From NCBI GenBank assembly GCA_038087875.1, contig CM075988.1, positions 18,106,001 through 18,170,000 on the forward strand: 64,000 nucleotides of DNA, in the 5' to 3' direction. The notes under the pieces were generated by a model, which made no database searches, was not told the origin of the DNA, and saw only the letters and a program-made list of their open reading frames with translations. The DNA comes from Malacoraja senta (lineage: Eukaryota). Positions within the stretch are counted from its first letter, which is position 1. Each line of letters begins with the position of its first letter. The translations under genes and the position numbers were made by a program. Below are positions 24,724-36,160 of the stretch, in pieces.

Positions 24724-26550
24724 CATAGAAACATAGAAAATAGGTGCAGGGGTAGGTCATTTGGCCCTTCGAGCCTGCACCGCCATTCAATATGATCATG
24801 GCTGATCATCCAACTCAGTATCCTGTACCTGCCTTCTCTCCATACCCCCTGATCCCTTTAGCCACAAGGGCCACATCTAAATCCCTCTTAAATATAGCCA
24901 ATGAACTGGCCTCAACTACCTTCTGTGGCAGAGAATTCCAGAGATTCACCACTCTCTGTGTGAAAAATGTTTTTCTCATCTCGGTCCTAAAAGATTTCCC
25001 CCTTATCCTTAAACTGTGACCCCTTGTTCTGGACTTCCCCAACATTGGGAACAATCTTCCTGCATCTAGCCTGTCCAACCCCTTAAGAATTTTGTAAGTT
25101 TCTATAAGATCCCCCCTCAATCTTCTAAATTCTAGCGAGTACAAGCCGAGTCTATCCAGTCTTTCTTCATATGAAAGTCCTGACATCCCAAGAATCAGTC
25201 TGGTGAACCTTCTCTGTACTCCCTCTATGGCAAGAATGTATTTCCTCAGATTAGGAGACCAAAACTGTACGCAATACTCCAGGTGTTGTCTCACCAAGAC
25301 CCTGTACAACTGCAGTAGAACCTCCCTGTTCCTATACTCAAATCCTTTTACTATGAGTGCTAACATACCATTCGCTTTCTTCACTGCCTGCTGCACCTGC
25401 ATGCCTACTTTCAATGACTGGTGTACCATGACACCCAGGTCTCGTTGCATCTCCCCTTTTCCTAATCGGCCACCATTCAGATAATAGTCTACTTTCCTGT
25501 TTTTGCCACCAAAGTGGATAACCTCACATTTATCCACATTATACTGCATCTGCCATGCATTTGCCCACTCACCCAGCCTATCCAAGTCACCTTGCAGCCT
25601 CCTAGCATCCTCCTCACAGCTAACACTGCCCCCCAGCTTCATGTCATCCGCAAACTTGGAGATGTTGCATTCAATTCCCTCGTCCAAATCATTAATATAT
25701 ATTGTAAATAGCTGGGGTCCCAGCACTGAGCCTTGCGGTACCCCACTAGTCACTGCCTGCCATTCTGAAAAGGACCCGTTTACTCCTACTCTTTGCTTCC
25801 TGTCTGACAGCCAGTTTTCATTAATACTGTACCCCCAATACCGTGTGCTTTAAGTTTGTATACTAATCTCTTATGTGGGACCTTGTCGAAAGCCTTCTGA
25901 AAGTCCAGATATAACACATCCACTGGTTCTCCCTTATCCACTCTACTAGTTACCTCAAAAAATTCTATATGATTTATCTTTCATAAATCCATGCTGACTT
26001 TGTCCAATGATTTCACCACTTTCCAAATGTGCTGCTATCCCATCTTTAATAACTGACTCTAGCAGTTTCCCCACTACCGATGTTAGACTAACTGGTCTGT
26101 AATTCCCTGTTTTCTCTATCCCTCCATTTTAAAAAAGTGGGGTCACATTAGCTACCCTCCAATCCTCAGGAACTACTCCAGAATCTAAAGAGTTTTGAAA
26201 AATTATCACTAATGCATCCACTATTTCTGGGGCTACTTCCTTAAGTACTCTGGGATGCAGCCTATCTGGCCCTGTGGATTTATCGGTATTTAATCCATTC
26301 AATTTACCTAACACCACTTCCCGGCTAACCTGGATTTCACTCAGTTCCTCCATCTCATTTGACCCCCGGTCCCCTGCTATTTCTGGCAGATTATTTATGT
26401 CTTCCATAGTGAAGACAGAACCTAAGTAGTTATTCAATTGGTCTGCCATGTCCTTGTTCCCCATGATCAATTCACCTGTTTCTGACTGCAAGGGACCTAC
26501 ATTTGTTTTAACTAATCTTTTTCTCTTCACATATCTATAACAACTTTTGC
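24724..26550 (-). mobile_element. CR1 LINE, 5'-truncated, 1.8 kb, RT domain with frameshifts
   Basis: ORF 24815-25753 has GVPQGSVLGP, FADD and LVRQHLEYCVQFWSP. ORF 26129-26530 has GPDRLHPRVLKE and VPEDWRVANVTPLF. (TTCTATGT)n tail. Confidence 0.95.
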
Positions 26551-26732
26551 AGATATGTGAAGAGAAAAAGATTAGTTATCAGACAACTGAATCATCTTAC
26601 CACAACCAGAGAGCAATGCTGCACTACTATCTACCTCTTTGGTGACCCTCGGACAATCCTTGATCGGACTTTGCTGGCTTTACCTTGTACTAAACGTTAT
26701 TCCCTTATCATTGTACCATACACTGTAAATTA

Positions 26733-27262
26733 ATGAATAAGTTTATTGGCCAAGTATTCACATACAAGGAATTTGCCTTGGTGCTCCGCCCGCAAGTGAC
26801 AACGACATACAGTGACAGTTAGGAATGACACATTAAACATTAAACATTAATAATGAAACATTATTGATTAAACATGTGAATTAAATAAAATACCAGAGCA
26901 AAAGGAGGCTACAGGTTTTTGGTTATTGAGTAGAGCTACTACTCATGGAAAAAATATGTTTTTATGTCTGGCTATGGCAGCTTTGACAGACCGGAGTCGC
27001 CTTCCAGAGGGAAGTGAATCAAAGAGTTTGTGGCCAGGGTGAGAGGGATCAGAGATGATCTTACCCGCTCGATTCCTGGCCCTTGCAGTGTATATTTCAT
27101 CAATGGAGGGAAGGTTGCAGCCAATAACCTTTTCAGCTGATCGGACGATTCGCTGCAGCCTCCAGGTGTCGTGCTTGGTGGCTGAGCCAAACCAGACCAT
27201 GATGGAGAAGGTGAGGACAGACTCTACGATGGCCGTATAGAATTGAACCATCATTGCCTGTG
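26733..27262 (-). mobile_element. Rex1/Babar-like LINE 3' end (nested)
   Basis: QFYTAIVESVLTFSIMVWFG...LQRIVRSAEKVIG...DPSHPGHKLF..LPSGRRLRS. Confidence 0.85.
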
Positions 27263-27385
27263 GCTCGATTGTAAATGGCTCGATTGTAATCATGTATTGT
27301 CTTTCCGCTGACTGGATAGCACACAACAAAAGCCTTTCACTGTACCTCGGTACACGTGACAATAAACTAAACCGAACTCAGTAGA

Positions 27386-27614
27386 TAGAAACGAAATGCT
27401 GGAGTAACTCAGCGGAACAGGCAGCATCTCTGGGGAGAAGGAATGGGTGACGTTTCAGGGTCGAGACCCTTCGTCAGTCTGAAGAAGGGTCTCGCTCCGA
27501 AACTCATTCATCACCCATTCCTTCTCTCCATAGATGCTACCTGTCCCGCTGAGTTACTCCAGCATTTTGTGTCTATCTTCGGTTTAAACCAGCATCTGCA
27601 GTTCCTTCCTACAC
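27386..27614. repeat. Penelope-derived inverted pair with an intact hammerhead core on the minus strand (27445-27477)
   Basis: The minus strand reads CTGACGA-agggtctcgaccct-GAAAC-GTC-accc. The plus-strand partner begins ctgaagaagggtctcg at 27478-27479. Confidence 0.75.
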
Positions 27615-28664
27615 ATGAGCTCCTTGGAGGCGGGCACTCTGTGGACACCATCCATTGATCTTTAAGTGTGGCGTCGGATGCAGTTGTTTGCGTGGAGAAG
27701 CACTGTGTTTGTTTCAGCAGTGGGGGGAGCTCCCTGCAAACAGACCCACCGCGTCAGGCAACGCACGCACTCCGGTGTTTACCATTTTCACAAAATACCA
27801 ACCCTTTTATGAAAAGTCATGTTCAAAGAAAAACAAATTGATGACATCACTTTAAGTGCCCGTGGATTAATTTAATGCAGAATAATCATTCGTCTCTTCT
27901 GACAACAGCTCCATTTGTCTGGGATTTCAACTAATGCAGAAATCCCAGAGCACAAGGCAGGTTCAATTGCACCAGCACTCCAGTCTCTCATCTCTACTTC
28001 ATAAGGTCATATGTTCTGGGGGCAGAATTAGGCCATTCGGCCCATCAAGTCTACTCTGCCATTCAATCATGACTGATCTATGCCTGATCTATCTTTTCCT
28101 CTCAAGTCCATTCTCCTGCCTTCGCCCCATAACCTCCGACACCCGTACTAATCAAGAATTTGTCAATCTCCACCTTAAAAATATCCATTGATGGCCTCCA
28201 TCTACACTTCCGGCTGCCTCAGGAAAGCAGCCAACATAATCATGCACAAAATTATGTGAGGAATAGATCGGGTAGACACATACAGAATCTCTTGCCACAG
28301 CGTAGAGGAATCGAGGACCAGAGGACATTGGTTTAGGTGAGGGGGGAACGATACACCAGAAACGTGAGGGGCAACTTTTTCACACAAAGGGTGGTGGGTG
28401 TATGGAATGAGCTGCCGGAGGAAGTGGTTGAGGCAGGGACTAACACAACATTTAAGAAACGTTTAGACTGGTACATGGATAGGACAGGTTTAGAGAGATA
28501 TGGGCCAAACGCATTGTAGATGGGACATGTTGGTTGGTGTCGGCAAGTTTGGCCGAAGGGCCTATTTCCACGCTGTATAACTCTATGACTCTAATCAAGG
28601 ACCACTCACCCGCTGGTCATTCCCTCTTCTCCCCGCTCCCGTCAGGCAGAACATACAAAGGTTC

Positions 28665-29370
28665 TAAAGCATGTTGGAACGCATAGACAAGAGAAACTAT
28701 GGCAGTCAACGGGAGTCCAGGTTGGTGTGTTGCCTCTGTGGCGCCGGGGTCAAGGAAGTCTCGGAGCAGCTGCAGAACATTCCCAAGGGGGAGGGGGAGT
28801 CATTGTGTGCGTTGGCACAAATGACAAAGTTAGGAAAAGGGATGAGGTCCCACGGAGTGAATACAGGGAGTTAGGCAAAAGATGAAAATAATATTACCTC
28901 CAGATTATTCCGTGTCATATGCTAGTGTGGATAGGAATAGGAAGATTAGGGAATGGAATGAGGAGTGTGTGTAGGATAGTGTTACTATGTGGGGATCGCT
29001 GATCGGTGCAGACTCGATGGGCCAAAGGGCCTGTTTCCAGGCTTTATCTCTAAACTAAACTAAAGTAAAAGTTGGTGCAGGGGAAGGCCAACTTGGTATT
29101 AGACATGCACTTGCTAAAGTTGATTGGAGTAGATCGTTTGCAGTAAAGGAATGTCTGGAAAGTGGGATGCTTTTAAAAGCATGATGACATGGGATCAGGA
29201 TATGCATGGTAGGGTGAAGGGCAAAGCAGGTGGGAGTAAGGAAGCTTGGATGACAAGAAAAGTGAGGCCCTGGTCAGCAAAAGGAGGCATGGGACAGGTA
29301 TAGGCAGCTGGGATCATGTCTTGGAGGAGTTTTAGGAACTCGGGAACATACACAAGGACATCAGGAGGAA
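28665..29370 (+). mobile_element. Decayed CR1 5' portion (ORF1 esterase-like region plus ORF2 remnants)
   Basis: DKRNYGSQRESRLVCCLCGAGVKEVSEQLQNIPKGEGE matches the CR1 ORF1 SGNH-type motif (R.VCCLPGA.V.DV.E.L..IL). A SINE tail is inserted at ~28965-29065. Confidence 0.7.
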
Positions 29371-29984
29371 GATAGGCCAAATGCGGGCAGGTGGGACTAG
29401 CGTAGATGGGACATCTTGGTCCGCATCAGCAAGTTGGGTCAAAAGTCCTATTTCCATGCTGTATGACTATCACTCCATGAAGTGTAACATGACCATGCGG
29501 CAATCATGTATTCTGCACTCTGGCACTTTTCTCATTGCACTACCTGCTGTGACTATGTATGGGTGATTGTACTCGTGTCTAGTCTGATTGGATTTGACTG
29601 GATAACGCACACAAAGCTTTTCACTGTATCTCGGTAATAATGAACCAATACCAAGACCTATACGAAGGCGAAACCTTCCAGGGCCAATTAACCTGCCCGC
29701 GGGCTTTGGGATGTGGGAGGTAACTAGAGCAGCCGGAGGAAACCCACGCGGTCACAGGGAGAACATGCAAACTCCACATAGGTCAGCAATGACCCCAGTC
29801 CCTGGAGCTGAGAGGCAGCAACACCACCAAAACAATGCAGCTCACTTGATCTCTTTATTTCCTCATTCACCTACTACGATGCAGTAATGAGCAGTGTACT
29901 GGCGTTTAGTGTTGATCCACGACTGATGGGCAGTGGGCAGGTGCTATAGACCTGCACGGGAAGGTAGACGCTCCCGCCCCCACG

Positions 29985-30320
29985 AGTCTCGGGCAGATGG
30001 GGCTCGTCAACCTGGGAAGGCAGTGCATCTAGGAGAGGGAAAATTGATTTAAAACCTCCACTGCCTTGTGGCCATATCCAGTCATGGAAAAGGCTCCTGG
30101 AGTAAACCTCAAGAAAATCCGGAGTCGGAGCCCCTAAGGCAGTTTGTCGTTGTCTACAACCTCGCTCTGGCAGCTCCTGCAAAGGCGCTGGTGCCAAACT
30201 GTAACAGCCCTGCTGTTCCTTTGGATCGTTCAGCGACGTGGAGAGGGGGGACGCGCTGCATGGGCAACAGCCTGTCCTCCATATGATATCGCCCAGACTT
30301 GCATCCGACCACACAAACCG
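29985..30320 (+). mobile_element. Possible RTE-clade 5' UTR-derived fragment
   Basis: gggcagatggggctcgtc..ctgggaaggcag..catctaggagagggaaaa..gatttaaaacctccactgccttgtggc resembles RTE 5' UTR sequence as I recall it. Not verified. Confidence 0.35.
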
Positions 30321-31734
30321 GCAAACTAGGATGCATCACCCAGGGTCACTCTGTGTCAGACTGAGCCCAGGTCTGATAGTGAGCTGAAGAAGGGTCTCGA
30401 CCCAAAACGTCACCAATTCCTTTTCACCAGAGATGCTGCCTGAGCCGCTGAGTTACTCCAGCGTAGTGTGTCTATCTGGTAGTGAGCCAGGAAGGCTTTC
30501 CAACTAAAAAACACCAGCAGTTGCTGAGACTAACATTTAAAAAAAAATTCTGATTTATTGAATTACCTGAATTTAAATTGCGCTGTGGGATTTGAACTCA
30601 GATCTCTGGATCAATGACGAAGACCAGTGGCTGCTGGCCCTGTGATTTAACCACTACACCGCTGAATATGGTGGATGCCTGGTGACCTATTCTCATTGAA
30701 CCCTGTCCATGTTCTCCAACAATACACTGCTATTTCTCCAACATCCTTCACAATGACTTGCATTTCCAGCGCTCCAATACACCGTCCTTGCAAGAAGATT
30801 AGTTTTGTCAAAAAAAGGTATTTGTTAATTAAATTTCATTCTGCCTTTTAAAACATCGGGAGTTTATGCAAATGCTACAACCCCACAGAAACCAAGTTCT
30901 CAGCCTATTGCTGTGTAATGTCACAATCATTTCCTCTGGGTTGATTTGACAAACCATTCTGAATTTTTTAAAAGAATTTAGTGACAAAGATCGGGATGAA
31001 AATCCAGAGCTTACTTTTAGCAAGAAATCTTAATTGAACATGACACTAAAACGCTGTCTCTGCATTAAAACAAATTAGCAAGTCCCATGCACTTAAAAAT
31101 GGGTTTGCATTAAATATTTCATTTGCTGCGCTGAGGCACAAGATGGCTGAACTGTAGCACTTAATTAATGGAAGGGTCAGTGCCTGAACATCCCCTCTCA
31201 CTCCTCCACCTTCCTTTAATTTACTGGAGGTGGGATACAGTTAATACTGAATCCCGAAACAAGGGAAACAATTAAAGATTGTCACATCTTTCCCGGGCTG
31301 GCCAGAGTTTGCTGTGCCATCAGAGGTTCTGAGTCAAGAGTTTTATTGTCATGTGTCCCAGTTAGAACAATGAAATTCTTACTTGCAGCAGCACAACAGA
31401 ATATGTAAACATAGTACACTGTAAACAAAATAATAAACAAGAAAAAAAATTCAATGTATATATCTATCTATATTTAAAACTCTGTGTGTGTGTGTGTTTC
31501 TGCCTGTGTGTGTTTCTGCCTGTCTTGTGGGTGCCAGCCTTCCTTTGATTCGTTGTTACGCCAACACCACACGCAGAAACGCCGAGATTGTTTCCATTTC
31601 GGTAGAGATTTCACTTTTCATTCCAAGTATCCACTCCTGATTAAATGTTGTCATGTTTATGTACACATTTTTAATAAAATCCTTCTCCACCCCCCCTCCC
31701 CCACACTCATTTTGTCTCCTCCTGCTGGCCAGCC

Positions 31735-31863
31735 ACCATAACGGCTGCTGCCGACCGGCTCTGCTCCAAAAACGACGCCATTTTTTTTCTTTCGCTAGCG
31801 ATTTTCGCCCCGGGGTCTGAAGCACGTTCGGGGTCCAGACCCAACGGGTCTGCTCTTGGTCTA

Positions 31864-31864
<1 letters not shown>
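31735..31864 (+). mobile_element. Helitron-like 3' terminus
   Basis: Hairpin agaccc-aac-gggtct about 9 nt before a CTAG end, followed by T. 5' boundary uncertain. Confidence 0.5.

Positions 31865-31913
<49 letters not shown>
31865..31913. repeat. (TA)n(TG)n compound microsatellite
   Basis: Directly visible. Confidence 0.95.
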
Positions 31914-32796
31914 ACACATGCATACACATAAAAAACAAACAATAATAGTATAAAAAGTGAAAATTGCGATGAGGACTTGATCATACAACGTGTGAGTGGA
32001 AGTATTAATCTCCAGTGGTTCAAGGCTACGGGATTACAGCTCTGAGAGAAACTGGGTTCTCCTGGGAGCAACGAACATGGTGAGCAGATGTGAAAGTGGA
32101 GGGCAAGGCTGGGACAGGGTAAGTGGCGATGTGAACTCAGCAGGCAGGACTGCACTGAAGGAGAAGATTGTGCCCACTGTAAATGATGCCCAATATACCA
32201 TGGACGTGGGGTCAGGGGAGGCAGGGGAGGCAGAGCCTCACCTGTCATACTCCCAATGAAAATAGCTGTTAAGAAAAGCAAAGAAAAATAATAATAAAAT
32301 AAAATAAATATAAAGATTTTTCCACTGATCTGTTATAAATGTCATTTCTATATGAATCCAATCATTTTTTATAGTCAAAATCGCCAAATTTGCGCAGCTC
32401 CGCTGCAAATATAGGGAGAGATGAGAGGTGAGGCAGCGGCGAGCTGAGCCTCCCCTCTGATTGCGCAACCCCTCAGAAAATGTATGGAGCGCGGGCAATA
32501 AGTGTGTGCCTGTTACTATCTCTCTGTATGTCACCAATGTAATGTTTGTAAACCCCTTCATTACATGTCCTCACCTTCCATAGTCCAGGTAACTTATTTC
32601 ACATATAAAGATATTAAATTTAGGCTCGCTGGTCTCGTCATAAAACTGCAATGAAAAAGCACCAGGGGAGGCAGCGATCACGTCTGCCTCACTGAGGGGG
32701 CGTGCCTTGAGCCCAGTGGAGGGAGAGCGAGCATCAATTACGTAGGCTCATGTAATTGATGCTGCCTCGCTCTCCCTCCACGTTAGCTAGCTTCAG

Positions 32797-33333
32797 CAAT
32801 TTGAGGAAGGACATCCTTGTGATTGAGGCAGTGCAGCGTAGGTTCACGAGATTGATCCCTGGGATGGAGGGACTGTCATATGAGGAAAGATTGAAAAGAC
32901 TAGGCTTGTATTCACTGGAGTTTTGAAGGATGAGGGGGGATCTTATAGAAACATATAAAATTATAAAAGGATTGGACAAGCTAGATGCAGGAAAAATGTT
33001 CCCAATGTTGGGCAAGTCCAGAACCAGGGGCCACAGTCTTAGAATAAAGGGGAGATCATTTAAGACTGAGGTGAGAAAAAACTTTTTCACCCAGAGAGTT
33101 GTGAATTTATGGAATTCCCTGCCTCAGAGGGCAGTGGAGGCCAAATCACTGGATGGATTTAAGAGAGAGTTAGATAGAGCTGTAGGGGCTGGTGGAGTCA
33201 AGGGATATGGGGAGAAGGCAGGCACGGGTTATTGATAGGGGACGATCAGCCATGGTCACAATGAATAGCGGTGCTGGTTCGAAGGGCCGAATGGCCTCCT
33301 CCTGCACCTATTTTCTATGTTTCTATGTTTCTA
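32797..33333 (+). mobile_element. Young CR1 3' end
   Basis: [22 protein letters not shown]...RGDLIETYKIIKGLD...GTGY*. (TTCTATGT)n tail. Confidence 0.9.
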
Positions 33334-33494
33334 GCACTGGGTTCCACCACGGGCGGCGCTGACTAGTAGGTTGATTCGTTGATTTGTAGCAGTCGATTCA
33401 CAGGTTCTGGGCCGCTGAGAGCTCCCAATTGGGCCCCCCCGCTGGAGTAATCAACTCTCGGCTCGGGACCCCGGCATCCACTCCCGCCGCCGGC

Positions 33495-33675
33495 CCTCTC
33501 CCTCCCTTCTCCCCTTCCCTACCCTCCCTCCCTTCTCTTCTTCCCTCCCTCCCTTCTCTTCTTCCCTCCCTCCTTCCTCTCTCTCATTTCCCTTCTCTCC
33601 TTCCCTCCCTTCTTTCTCTCCTTCCCTCCATCCCTCCCTTCTCTCCTTCCCTCCCTCCCTTCTCTCCTTTCCTCC
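33495..33675. repeat. Polypyrimidine (CCCT/CCTT-type) tract
   Basis: ~180 nt almost purely C/T on the + strand. Confidence 0.9.
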
Positions 33676-34089
33676 CAGACACATCATGCACAGACAACTA
33701 ACACACACACACACAACTAACACACACACACAACTAAGTTAGGATGGGGTAGAAGCCAGTGCCACCCCAGCCATTGACCTCACCGCACGTCATTGCAATA
33801 TACATGGCATCCGTTATATACTGTGCCCTCTGTACATGGACCACACTACTCATTGGCAACTGTACACAGTGCCCGTCACACACAGTACTTATGGAACCCC
33901 GCTGTACACTGTGTGTACATCAACGTCTACAAATTCTGCAAAATGCAAACTATTTCTTAAACGAAAAGCCAGGACCTGTTTTTCTACCACATTCAAAGGG
34001 CAAGTACTGCATGTTGAGAAAGGGTATCGCAATATTCATGCAAAATGTGGCATTTGCTGCAGTTATGGTGTTCATGTCCTACGTCGGAA

Positions 34090-34292
34090 CGCAGTGTGTG
34101 TGCATGTCTGTGTGTGAAAGTGCGTACATGTGTGTTTGCTCGTGTGAGTGTGTATGTGCATTGTGTGTCTTTGTGCGTGCCTGAGTGTGTATGCATTGAT
34201 TGTGCATGCATGCATGCATGCGTACATTGTGTCTGCTCGTGTGGGTGTGTGCGTGTGTATGTGTGTGCGTGCATCGTGTGCATGTGTGTGCA
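34090..34292. repeat. Degenerate (TG)n/(TGCA)n microsatellite
   Basis: Directly visible alternating purine-pyrimidine sequence. Confidence 0.9.
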
Positions 34293-34599
34293 CCAGGTTG
34301 GTGCTGGTGTGCATAATGACGTACCTGGGGGTAGTGCGGTGTTGTCAACTGGCACAACAGTTGTTATCTTGTTCATTCGAGCTGTGCCGCAGTGTAAAGG
34401 CCGGCATGGAGAGTCCACCCGTGGCTGCCCGGCACTGAACTGATGCTTCACTGGGCACAGAGTCACTGCATGAAAACAGGCCATTCAGCCCAACCTCGCC
34501 TGTACCGACCAAGCTGTCCCATCTAAACCAGTCCTATTTGCCTGCGTTTGATCCTTCTAAACATTCCTATCCATGTGCCTGTCCATGTGCTAAAGAGGC

Positions 34600-34858
34600 A
34601 ACAGCAAGGCTCGGTGGGCCTGCAGTCACATGTAGCCAGGCTGGTTCAGTCTTCACTCCCTGAAGGCCATTAGTGAATCAGCCGTGTTCTCACTGCAATC
34701 TGGTGGTTTCATGGTCAGCATCACTGATAATGGCTTTTTAATTCCAGAATCTATTTAATTAACTGAACGTAAATTGTGCAGTAGCCCCAATGGGATTGAA
34801 ACTCATCTCTTCCGATATGTCTGGCTTGTTCGTCTGGCAATTTAACCACTTTGCTGCT
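34600..34858 (-). mobile_element. Old tRNA-derived SINE of a second family (related piece at ~30500-30660)
   Basis: Both loci share ttaattccaga...ttaactgaa..taaatt...tgggatt(t)gaa(a)ctca...tttaaccact, the complement of a tRNA-like head (agtggttaaa...tgagttcaaatccca). Confidence 0.55.
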
Positions 34859-35053
34859 GTTCAGTTGTACGTGCCTAAGCTCTTTCTGTATCATTTCTAA
34901 TTATTCGAGTGTTTCAAACATTTACATGTTTTGGTTGTTGTTTAAGATTTGTGTTCTTTTTTGCTTTTAGCTGGTTTTAGCATTTCTTTGCCAGTTTTGA
35001 ATGTCAGGAGCATTGCGGGGGCACGATAGCTGACTGAAACCAAGTATGTGGGT

Positions 35054-35634
35054 GAGACCACACCTGGAGACCACACTTGGACAACACACCTGGAGACCAC
35101 ACCTGGACAACACACCTGGAGACCACACCTGGACAACACACCTGGATACCACACCTGGAGACCACACCTGGACAACACACCTGGAGACCACACCTGGAGA
35201 CCACATCTGACCACATCCAGAGACCTCACTTGGAGACTATACCTGGAGACCACACCTGGAGACCACACCTGGAGACCACATCTGACCACATCCAGAGACC
35301 TCACTTGGAGACCACACCTGGAGACTATACCTGGAGACCACACCTGGAGACCACACCTGGACAACACACCTGGAGACCACACCTGGACAACACACCTGGA
35401 TACCACACCTGGAGACCACACCTGGACAACACACCTGGAGACCACACCTGGAGACCACATCTGACCACATCCAGAGACCTCACTTGGAGACTATACCTGG
35501 AGACCACACCTGGAGACCACATCTGACCACATCCAGAGACCTCACTTGGAGACCACACCTGGAGACTATACCTGGAGACCACACCTGGAGACCGCATCTG
35601 ACCACATCCAGAAACCACACTTGGAGACCACACC
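35054..35634 (+). repeat. 13-bp minisatellite (CCACACCTGGAGA)n with higher-order variant blocks
   Basis: About 45 units. A recurring cassette ccacatctgaccacatccagagacctcacttggaga appears about 5 times. Confidence 0.95.
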
Positions 35635-36160
35635 AGTAGACTGTGGGCAGTCCTGGTCACCCAGCTACAGGGGTGATGGCATTAAGTTGGAAAGGATGCA
35701 GAAGAAATTCACCAGGATGCTACCCGGGCTTGTGGGCTAGAGTTATAGGGAGAGGTTGGATAGGTTGGAACTTTTTTCTTTGGAGTGCAGGAGATTGTGG
35801 GGTGAGCTTATTGAGGTGTACAAGATCACGAGAGGCATGGATAAGGTGAACACTAACAGTCTTTTCCACAGGGTAGAGGATTCTTAAGGCACAGGCTTAA
35901 GGCGAGAAAGGAGAGATGTAAGAGGGATGTCATGGGCAACTTTTCACACAGAGGGTAGTCCTTATCTGGAGCCACCCGAGGAAATTATGAAAGTGAATAC
36001 AATTATAACGTTTAGAAAGACAGTTGGCAGGTGCAGTATATGGAGAGGAAGGGTTTAGAGTGACATGGGGCAAATGCAGGCAAATGTGAGTTGCCCATCA
36101 TGCCAACTTGGTCGACATTGACAAGATGGGCTGAAGGGCTTTTATCCCTGCTGTTCAGCT
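35635..36160 (+). mobile_element. CR1 3' fragment continuing from the minisatellite
   Basis: DCGQSWSPSYRGDGIKLERMQKKFTRMLPG corresponds to CR1 YCVQFWSP...LERVQKRFTRMLPG. Confidence 0.85.

Larger units (their letters stand above)
24549..27380 (+). mobile_element. Rex1/Babar-like LINE 3' end split by two nested insertions (pieces 24549-24723, 26579-26730, ~27270-27380)
   Basis: The pieces are collinear with the uninterrupted minus copy at 57472-58072. Tail ttcactgtacctcggtacacgtgacaataaac. Confidence 0.8.

Noticed and set aside
24815..25753. Functional reverse transcriptase gene
   Set aside because: The element is 5'-truncated and frameshifted upstream. It lacks the endonuclease and an intact N-terminal RT region.
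33759..34484. Cys/Val- and His/Thr-rich ORFs (also 10564-10973 and 56020-56880)
   Set aside because: Translations of (TG)n/(CA)n microsatellites.
35054..35634. CRISPR-like array, or repeat-protein ORFs (TTPGDHTWRPHLE...)
   Set aside because: The units are contiguous 13-mers without unique spacers, there are no cas genes, and the context is eukaryotic. The ORFs are by-products of a stop-poor repeat derived from CR1.
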